The position numbers and the translations under genes were made by a program. From the NCBI GenBank assembly GCA_043818275.1, contig JBDRFY010000090.1, forward strand, positions 1 to 11,096: a stretch of DNA of 11,096 nt, in the 5' to 3' direction. Below, piece after piece: positions 1 to 6,603 of the stretch (position 1 is its first letter; each line of letters starts with the position of its first letter). Below the pieces are notes generated by a model. That model was not told the origin of the DNA. It saw only the letters and a list, made by a program, of their open reading frames with translations, and did no database searches. The DNA comes from a bacterium (GTDB taxonomy: Bacteria > Babelota > Babeliae > Babelales > JAUWHS01).

Positions 1-26
1 TTTTTACTCATTGTAATAATTTCCAT
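1..26 (-). CDS. 5' end of a divergently transcribed gene running off the window (MEIITMSK...)
   Basis: Minus strand reads aacAGGAaactat ATG GAA ATT ATT ACA ATG AGT AAA. The caggaaac SD context matches that before the ORF at 228. Only 8 codons are visible. Confidence 0.5.
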
Positions 27-157
27 ATAGTTTCCTGTTTGTTAGCATTGTTAAAAAAAAATTTTTTATCTTTTTAATTTTGCCACAACAGGAAATTTTT
101 ACTTTGCCCAACTACCGGAAATTATCACATTGCTCTAACACAACTACTCTATCTGAT

Positions 158-185
158 TTGACTTCTAAAAAAAACCTTATAAACT
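158..185 (+). promoter_or_regulatory. Putative sigma70-type promoter for the 228-2584 operon
   Basis: TTGACT (158-163), 16-nt A-rich spacer, TAAACT (180-185), 42 nt upstream of the ATG. Same layout as the 5728-5755 candidate. Confidence 0.45.
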
Positions 186-227
186 CGAGCAAGTTCACTT
201 TTTAACAATCAATTTCCAGGAAACAAC

Positions 228-1013
228 ATGTATAAAAAACAAATATTTAAATACCTGCTCTTTTTATTATTAATTTTTCAAAATATAAACTTTATAAACG
301 CCACAGAAATTGTTGCAGAACAAAAAGAAACTAAAACGGTAAAAACTACCGATCAAATTAGCACCAAAGAAAAAATAAAAAACTTATTTTCAAATTTAAA
401 AGATAGTTTTTATTCAAACAAAAGCTCAAAAGAAAAAGAAGAAATTATTAAAAAAGAAATAGAAAAAACATCTTCGTTCTTTGCAGTTTTAAACATATTA
501 TTATCTATTCCCACAATGAATAATGATAATGGTTACGAGGGAATCATACAAAAATTTGGTAATAGCAACGAAGCAAAAACATATGGATTCTTTTATGCGG
601 TAAATATAATGACAACTGAAATTATTCAAAAGGGTCTAAATGCAACAATTGAAGAAGATGATAAATTTACAATTGATTTTATTGCTAGGCTACAAAATAT
701 TATTAGTAGTAAATTATTAGATAAAAAAATATCAAGAGCCATTTTATCTGAGCTAATGGATATGTCGGTTAAAAGAATTAGCCATAAATTAATAAAATCA
801 ACGCAAGAAAAAAGAATTGTTAGAAGAATTATGAGAGCAACACTTGATTCACTAATTTATGCAATATCTCAAGAAATTTTAACAGTCAGTAAAAAGGCTG
901 ACTTTAAAAATAATTTTATAATTGCCCTTTTAATTAACTCGATGTCAGAAATAATTGGTGAAAATATATCTAAAGTGATAGATAAAGCTATCGAAGAAAC
1001 TCAGACAAATTAG
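228..1013 (+). CDS. Hypothetical secreted protein, paralogue 1 of 3 (261 aa)
   Basis: AGGA SD upstream. Basic then hydrophobic N-terminus (MYKKQIFKYLLFLLLIFQNINFINA). Motifs LNATIE, KRIVRRIMRA and EIIGE are shared with the next two ORFs. Confidence 0.85.
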   Translation: MYKKQIFKYLLFLLLIFQNINFINATEIVAEQKETKTVKTTDQISTKEKIKNLFSNLKDSFYSNKSSKEKEEIIKKEIEKTSSFFAVLNILLSIPTMNNDNGYEGIIQKFGNSNEAKTYGFFYAVNIMTTEIIQKGLNATIEEDDKFTIDFIARLQNIISSKLLDKKISRAILSELMDMSVKRISHKLIKSTQEKRIVRRIMRATLDSLIYAISQEILTVSKKADFKNNFIIALLINSMSEIIGENISKVIDKAIEETQTN

Positions 1014-1024
1014 GAGAAAAAATT

Positions 1025-1705
1025 ATGAAAAAACAAATTGCATGCTTAATTTTATTTCTATCGTTCAATTTAAACATTCTCGCATTAAACATTATCGCAA
1101 AAGAAAATAATAAAACAAAAAATGACAAAGTTGAAAAAGCGATTGAAACATTAAAAAGTGCTATTGACAGCGACTCTAAATATAAAATATTAAAAAACAC
1201 CTCTACTGCTTTAGCATTAACTGAAATAGGATTAGAAATTGCGCCATTAGTTTCTGAATTTGATTTATCGGATAAAGGTCTTAAAAAAGATAGCGATTTT
1301 CAAAAAATTGTTCCTTTAGCTGAAACCTCGAAAGATATTATAAACGCAACAATAGAAATTAAAGAATCTGTTGTCCTAGAAATAATCAAAGAAGGCTTAC
1401 TTTTATACAAAAAATATAAAAAAGACAATAGTAAGCTGGCGCAAGAAGCAAAAGATCGAGCATTAAAGCTTCTAATTGAGCGAATGAGTCAATACATAAT
1501 TTCTACAAACATTAACAAAAGAATTTATAGAAGGATTTTAAGAACCCTTATAAATTCTGCTGCTACATTAATCCCAGAAGAAAAAACTGAAACAAACCCA
1601 ACAGCAATAAAAACTTTTTTGATAAATCTTGTTTATTATTCAATCGTAGAAATAATCGGTGAAATGTTTATTCGAGAAATAGAAGCTGCAGAAAAAAGTA
1701 AATAA
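1025..1705 (+). CDS. Hypothetical secreted protein, paralogue 2 of 3 (226 aa)
   Basis: AGGAG SD overlapping the upstream stop, 11-nt gap. Signal-peptide-like MKKQIACLILFLSFNLNILA. Motifs INATIE, KRIYRRILRT, EIIGE. Confidence 0.85.
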   Translation: MKKQIACLILFLSFNLNILALNIIAKENNKTKNDKVEKAIETLKSAIDSDSKYKILKNTSTALALTEIGLEIAPLVSEFDLSDKGLKKDSDFQKIVPLAETSKDIINATIEIKESVVLEIIKEGLLLYKKYKKDNSKLAQEAKDRALKLLIERMSQYIISTNINKRIYRRILRTLINSAATLIPEEKTETNPTAIKTFLINLVYYSIVEIIGEMFIREIEAAEKSK

Positions 1706-1723
1706 TTTAAAAAGGTAGCTTTA

Positions 1724-2584
1724 ATGAATTTAAATTATAAAAATTTTTTTCTAAGTCTAATTTTATTAACAACAATTCAAAGCAATTTAATTGCCCAAAA
1801 TACTGAAACGATAAAAAGCGAAATAGAGCAAATAGAAGAAATAAATACTGAAAACAAAAAGAATAAATTTGAAAGTCCAAAATTAGAAAAACTATCAAAA
1901 ATCTTGGGCATTGCTGAAATAATCGAAACGATTGCTGAAATAATGATAGACCATAATACTAATCCGGGAAGTCGTTCGATTCGACGTGATGATCAAAAAC
2001 AAAATTTAAAACAAATAAAACTTGCTACTAATTTAAGTAACGAAATCATTAATGCAACTTTGGAAAAAAAAAGTGACGCCTTAATCGTATTGATACAACT
2101 AATCACTGAAGAATATCAAAAAGAGAACGATCCAGTGACTAAGCATGGAAGAGGTCAAAATATTTTTCAGCAGAACGTAATAAGTAATTCTCCGCAATTA
2201 AATGTTCTTTATTATACAACTATTAAATGGTTTTATTCCATTCTCTTCACAATTATAAGTGAAGAAATCATTTCTAAATTTAATAATAGAATTCACAGGC
2301 GAATATTAAGAACAATAATTTATTCTTTTGGTCCAATACTTACATATTCGCTATTCACGCAATTAAGGTTAATAAGCAAAGAAAAATTACAAGAAGAATT
2401 TCTTAATTTAAACTTGGTTAATACTTTAATTAGAAACGCATTAACAGAAACTGCTGGTGAAATTTTATTGCAAGAACTTGAAAATGTACAAATCGATATA
2501 AACTCTGTTGAAGTTAAAGATACTTTATCTGTACTTAAAAAAATGCTTACCGAATCCAAAGAAAATATTTCTCTAGCTAATTGA
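1724..2584 (+). CDS. Hypothetical secreted protein, paralogue 3 of 3 (286 aa)
   Basis: AAGGT SD-like site, 18-nt gap. Signal-peptide-like MNLNYKNFFLSLILLTTIQSNLIA. Motifs INATLE, NRIHRRILRT, ETAGE. Confidence 0.85.
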   Translation: MNLNYKNFFLSLILLTTIQSNLIAQNTETIKSEIEQIEEINTENKKNKFESPKLEKLSKILGIAEIIETIAEIMIDHNTNPGSRSIRRDDQKQNLKQIKLATNLSNEIINATLEKKSDALIVLIQLITEEYQKENDPVTKHGRGQNIFQQNVISNSPQLNVLYYTTIKWFYSILFTIISEEIISKFNNRIHRRILRTIIYSFGPILTYSLFTQLRLISKEKLQEEFLNLNLVNTLIRNALTETAGEILLQELENVQIDINSVEVKDTLSVLKKMLTESKENISLAN

Positions 2585-2664
2585 AAATAGTTTTTATAAT
2601 CTTTCTTGTGTAAGTTTTTTAAATAACCAAAGTTGCAATTTTTGAGATTTGTTATCTTTTCCCC

Positions 2665-2785
2665 TTTGTCATCCTGAACTTGTTTCAGGATCCATGTTTA
2701 TAATTTTTGATAAGCATAAAACAAATTAAAAAATTTTGATTAGTTTCACTGAATATGGATCCTGAAACAAGTTCAGGATGACAAA
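2665..2785. repeat. REP doublet (REPIN/MITE-like): perfect 31-bp inverted repeat around a 59-bp AT-rich spacer
   Basis: TTTGTCATCCTGAACTTGTTTCAGGATCCAT (2665-2695) is the exact reverse complement of 2755-2785. Each arm contains its own palindrome ATCCTGAA-N5-TTCAGGAT. Confidence 0.9.
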
Positions 2786-2859
2786 ATGGATTAAGCTTGT
2801 TTTAAACAAATTTCATAATCTAAAATTTTTATAAGTTTGCAACTCACGAAAAAAAGATT

Positions 2860-4062
2860 ATGAAAACACAACGAATCATTTTGGCCATAATTGCTTCAAT
2901 CATTGGAATATTTCTAGGCTCACAAATATATAAATATATTAATCAAAACAAATCAAAACTTCCCTTTAAAACAACAATTTTGCAAGACAAAAACATTCAC
3001 CAAACAATCTATGCTGCCGGCACACTGCAAATAAAAGACAACATAAAGATTGGCAGTTTAGTCGCCGGAACAATTCTTGATATTTATGTTGACGAAGGTG
3101 ATGAAGTAAAAAAAGGACAACTTTTAACATTAATTGATAATGGCAAAGGAGACACTGATGTTAAAATTGCACAGGGAATTCTTGATAAAGAAACTTCAAA
3201 TTTTGAATATTTAAAAAATCATTTTGAACGCCAAAAACAACTTTATAAATCAAACCAATTATCAAAAGACAACTTTGAAAATATTAAAAACAAATTTGAA
3301 GTATCCAAAGCCAATCTAAAAATTGCGCGAGCGGAACTTGAGAAAAAAACAATTGAATACAACAATACAAAAATAATGTCCCCTGAAGATGGAATTATTA
3401 CAAAAGTAGGCATCACAAAAGGAATGAAAATAACAACTGATCTTGATGCCACAGTTCTTTTTGAGATGGCAAAAGATTTAACACAAATGGAAGTTATTCT
3501 TGATATTGATGAAAGTGATATTGGAAAAATAGAAAAAGATCAGGAAATAAAATTTACCGTTGATACCTTTCCGGGACGCAACTACAAAGGTAAAATCAAA
3601 AAAATTAGTTATTCTTCCAAACGAAAAAGTAATCTGCAAACTTACGAAGCAATTGCTGTTGTTAAAAACAAAGATAAATCTTTGCGGCCAGGTATGACAG
3701 TAAACGCAAAAATAATAACGGATAAAAAAAAGAGCTGTAAAATAATTTCAAATCAGGCATTTCAGATAAATCCGGAAAATCTAAAATTTATTGCTAAAAA
3801 AATAACTTTTGATTTTTATCCAATTGAAAAAAATGAAAAGAAAAAAATAAAAAAATCATATAAAAATAAAAGTTACATAAAATTTGTCTGGTGCAAAAAT
3901 GGACAAAGTTTTATAGAAAAAACGGTTGAAGTTGGGATAACAGATGACAATAATTATGAAATAATTAAAGGACTAAATACTCACGAAGAAATAATAATTG
4001 ATGTCGAAGAGACAGACGATATGGATAAAATTTATAGCAAATGGTTCAGCAAAGGCTTGTAA
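2860..4062 (+). CDS. macA: MacA-family periplasmic adaptor (membrane fusion protein), copy 1
   Basis: N-terminal TM anchor, lipoyl motif (IGSLVAGTILDIYVDEGDEVKKGQLL), hairpin tip RQKQLYKSNQLS (R-x3-L-x6-S), IDESDIGKI, LRPGMTV, VEVGITD. Symbol is family-level only. Confidence 0.93.
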   Translation: MKTQRIILAIIASIIGIFLGSQIYKYINQNKSKLPFKTTILQDKNIHQTIYAAGTLQIKDNIKIGSLVAGTILDIYVDEGDEVKKGQLLTLIDNGKGDTDVKIAQGILDKETSNFEYLKNHFERQKQLYKSNQLSKDNFENIKNKFEVSKANLKIARAELEKKTIEYNNTKIMSPEDGIITKVGITKGMKITTDLDATVLFEMAKDLTQMEVILDIDESDIGKIEKDQEIKFTVDTFPGRNYKGKIKKISYSSKRKSNLQTYEAIAVVKNKDKSLRPGMTVNAKIITDKKKSCKIISNQAFQINPENLKFIAKKITFDFYPIEKNEKKKIKKSYKNKSYIKFVWCKNGQSFIEKTVEVGITDDNNYEIIKGLNTHEEIIIDVEETDDMDKIYSKWFSKGL

Positions 4063-4130
4063 TTAAACCGTTCGTTAAAACCCTTCGACATTGTCAAGAA
4101 TAAATGTATACATTTTTACATTCAAAAATA

Positions 4131-4244
4131 CTTAGAATTTTAACCCCATCCGCTCGTCCTTCCTTCGATGCGCTACGCTTACTCAGGATGAGCGAAAAAT
4201 TTTATACTTAATAGCTTAGAATTTTAACCCCATCCGCTCGTCCT
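4131..4244 (+). repeat. Exact 30-bp direct repeat (4131-4160 and 4215-4244)
   Basis: CTTAGAATTTTAACCCCATCCGCTCGTCCT occurs twice with an 84-nt period. Each copy runs into the start of a REP arm. Confidence 0.9.
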
Positions 4245-4398
4245 GAGCGTAGTCGAAGGATTACGAGCAACAATAAAAATAATAAAAACTATTGACTTTG
4301 TACATTTGTATGCGATTGTAATATTTACAATTCAATAATAGATTTTTCAAAATTAAATCTCTGGAAAAAACCCTTCGACTACGCTCAGGGCGAGCGGA
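4233..4398. repeat. Second REP-family doublet: 27-bp inverted repeat (26/27) around a 112-bp AT-rich spacer
   Basis: TCCGCTCGTCCTGAGCGTAGTCGAAGG (4233-4259) pairs with CCTTCGACTACGCTCAGGGCGAGCGGA (4372-4398). Related fragments lie at 4077-4089 and 4149-4194. Confidence 0.88.
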
Positions 4399-4480
4399 GG
4401 CGAGCATTTCTTCGTAATAGTTTATCCTACGTGTACTGCAAAGGTTAGTCGAAACAGGAAATTAATCACGAGCAATAGTT

Positions 4481-5707
4481 ATGAAAATAAAATCAATTAT
4501 CAAAATATCTTTAAATTCAATTAAAAAACACAAAGTCCGCTCATCGTTGACAATTCTGGGAATAATCGTCGGCATTGCGTCAATTATTGCAACCCTTGCA
4601 ATCGGATATGGCGCGGAAGAAAAAATCAAGAAAGAAATTCTTGCCTCCGGAGATAATTATATCTTTATTCATGCCGGTAACTGGACGCAAGAAGGTGTTG
4701 TTGACAGTAAAAAAAAGAAAAAGGCACAACCATTAAGAACAACAGATATAAGATCGTTAAAAAAACAATGCCCAGAAATTAAAAAAATTTCACCTTTCAT
4801 TTTTTCACAGGACATTGTCAACTTTGAAGGCAACAATATTTTAACTGAAGTCAAAGGCGGAAATAATGAAATTTTCAGTATCATAAACAGAAAAATTAAA
4901 GCTGGAAGCTCTTTTACAAAAGAACAGGCAAAAAAAGGTGAAAAAGTTGTTGTACTTGGCAGTAAAGCTGCAACAGATTTATTTCGATCATTAAGCCCAA
5001 TTGGCCAAATTGTAAGAATAAAAAATATTCCATTTCGTGTTATCGGAATACTTAAAGAAATAAGTTTTTCCGGCATTCAAAATCCGAATTTAAATATTTT
5101 CATCCCATTCAACGCATTAAAAAAATATATAATTCATAAAAGAAATAATAAAGTTTATGGAATAATAGTTTCAGGAAAAAGCTCTGATGAAATGCAATTT
5201 TTAGTAAGAAAAATAAAAAAAGTTTTAAGATTCAACCGAAATTTAAAAGAAAAAGATTCTGATGATTTTATGATTTACGATCAAAAATCAATGCTTAAAG
5301 CTGCTCATGCTTCATCAAATGTTTTAAATATTTTTCTATTAATAATCGCTTTAATTTCATTAGTTGTAGGTGGAATTGGAGTTATGAATATTATGTTCGT
5401 TTCAGTAAGTGAGAGAACAAAGGAAATAGGAATCAGAATGGCATTGGGCGCAACTCAAAAAGTAATACTTTGCCAATTTATTCTGGAATCGATTATTCTT
5501 TGTTTTATCGGAGGTATTTTGGGAATATTTGTTGGAATTATAATTCCTTTAATTACAAGTTTTTTCACAACCTGGAATGTAATATTTAAACCACAATTTA
5601 TATTATTTTCATTTATTACCACAACAATGGTTGGATTAATTTTTGGATATTATCCTGCAAAAAAAGCATCCAAACTAAATCCTGTCGAAGCTCTATCTGA
5701 AAAATAA
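4481..5707 (+). CDS. macB: MacB/FtsX-family ABC transporter permease without fused ATPase, copy 1 (408 aa)
   Basis: RSSLTILGIIVGIAS TM1, large periplasmic domain, VGGIGVMNIMFVSVSERTKEIGIRMALGA, C-terminal YPAKKASKLNPVEAL. Symbol is family-level only. Confidence 0.95.
   Translation: MKIKSIIKISLNSIKKHKVRSSLTILGIIVGIASIIATLAIGYGAEEKIKKEILASGDNYIFIHAGNWTQEGVVDSKKKKKAQPLRTTDIRSLKKQCPEIKKISPFIFSQDIVNFEGNNILTEVKGGNNEIFSIINRKIKAGSSFTKEQAKKGEKVVVLGSKAATDLFRSLSPIGQIVRIKNIPFRVIGILKEISFSGIQNPNLNIFIPFNALKKYIIHKRNNKVYGIIVSGKSSDEMQFLVRKIKKVLRFNRNLKEKDSDDFMIYDQKSMLKAAHASSNVLNIFLLIIALISLVVGGIGVMNIMFVSVSERTKEIGIRMALGATQKVILCQFILESIILCFIGGILGIFVGIIIPLITSFFTTWNVIFKPQFILFSFITTTMVGLIFGYYPAKKASKLNPVEALSEK
5637..5706 (+). 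repeat. 70-bp direct repeat, copy 1 (3' end of permease 1)
   Basis: 69/70 identical to 6439-6508. The only mismatch is C5671 versus T6473. Confidence 0.95.
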
Positions 5708-5727
5708 TCGTTAGAACCCCGCATTTA

Positions 5728-5755
5728 TTGACATTTATTAAAAAAAATTTAGCCT
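5728..5755 (+). promoter_or_regulatory. Putative sigma70-type promoter for the 212-aa gene
   Basis: Consensus TTGACA (5728-5733), 16-nt A/T spacer, TAGCCT (5750-5755). Confidence 0.45.
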
Positions 5756-5802
5756 ACATAAATTAATTTATTGTTTATTTTACAAACAGAAAAGGGTTTT
5801 TA

Positions 5803-6441
5803 ATGATCAAAAAATTATTGTTTTGTTTATTCCTTATTTCTCTCTATTCAACTAATGGTTATGGCGTAAAAACAGAAGAGGATCTATTTCTAGAACAATT
5901 AAAAAATTTTAAACAATGGGAAAACAATAGTTTTTGTTATTCAAAAGATGATGAAAACTATCCCAAACTCAAAGATTACTGCAATCTTGAAGTATTACTT
6001 GGCTATTGCAAAACAGAATTAGATTATGATCTTATAAATTTATATTCTGAAAAAAAATCGTCCGACTTATGGCAAACAATGCAGGAATCAAACGATACTG
6101 ATTCTGGTTTTTTTACGCAAACATTAATCAATATCAGTAACGCTCTTCCGATGATTCCTCTAATTACTGATTGGGATATGGAAATATCATGGAACCAACA
6201 GTCTCGTGACGCAACCATTCCTTACTATTATTCAAAGCAAAAAAATATCAAAATGGATGCTTTTAAGAGCTCTTTAGCTTTAATAAAATTAAACAAAGAG
6301 AATAAAGATCGTCTTGAGGTTATTAAGAACACCTTAGCTGATACAATCAATTATCATAAACTCTATAACTCCCATCAAGCTATGGAAATTCATGAATTAG
6401 CCCAAAAAATCGAGAATAAATTAAATAAACTATTAAACTAA
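5803..6441 (+). CDS. Hypothetical secreted protein (212 aa) inside the repeat-bounded insert
   Basis: AAGGG SD-like site. Signal-peptide-like MIKKLLFCLFLISLYSTNGYG. No family recognised. Its TAA stop is the first 3 nt of repeat copy 2. Confidence 0.85.
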   Translation: MIKKLLFCLFLISLYSTNGYGVKTEEDLFLEQLKNFKQWENNSFCYSKDDENYPKLKDYCNLEVLLGYCKTELDYDLINLYSEKKSSDLWQTMQESNDTDSGFFTQTLINISNALPMIPLITDWDMEISWNQQSRDATIPYYYSKQKNIKMDAFKSSLALIKLNKENKDRLEVIKNTLADTINYHKLYNSHQAMEIHELAQKIENKLNKLLN

Positions 6442-6508
6442 TTTTTGGATATTATCCTGCAAAAAAAGCATCTAAACTAAATCCTGTCGAAGCTCTATCT
6501 GAAAAATA
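6439..6508 (+). repeat. 70-bp direct repeat, copy 2: non-translated duplicate of the permease 1 3' end
   Basis: The frame starting at 6438 reads LIFGYYPAKKASKLNPVEALSEK-TAG, identical to the permease 1 C-terminus. Confidence 0.95.
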
Positions 6509-6517
6509 GATAAATTG

Positions 6518-6546
6518 TTGTTAAAAAATCCTGGCACCGTTAAAAT
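6518..6546 (+). promoter_or_regulatory. Possible promoter for the second adaptor-ATPase-permease-permease operon
   Basis: TTGTTA (6518-6523), 17-nt spacer, TAAAAT (6541-6546). Weak evidence in AT-rich DNA. Confidence 0.3.
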
Positions 6547-6603
6547 ACTATTTCATGTAAACAAAAAAAATTCTTATTCCTTTAAACCCTGGAAAGTAAA
6601 AAA

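Noticed and set aside
4131..4244. CRISPR mini-array (30-bp repeats)
   Set aside because: There are only two repeats, the 54-nt spacer is itself largely REP-derived, and no cas genes are present.
4063..4480. ATPase pseudogene or tRNA/ncRNA gene in the long spacer
   Set aside because: I see no Walker or signature motif remnants and no cloverleaf. The GC-rich parts are explained by REP arms.
5637..6508. Diversity-generating retroelement TR/VR pair
   Set aside because: Differences are few, silent and not consistently adenine-specific on one strand. No reverse transcriptase is in the window, and the target is a conserved permease tail.
5708..6510. Integron gene cassette with attC
   Set aside because: GTTAGAA at 5710 does not fit GTTRRRY, there is no RYYYAAC inverse core or attC-like palindrome after the ORF, and the boundaries are long direct repeats.
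6532..6547. Sigma54 promoter (TGGCAC)
   Set aside because: The -12 TTGC element is missing at the required spacing.
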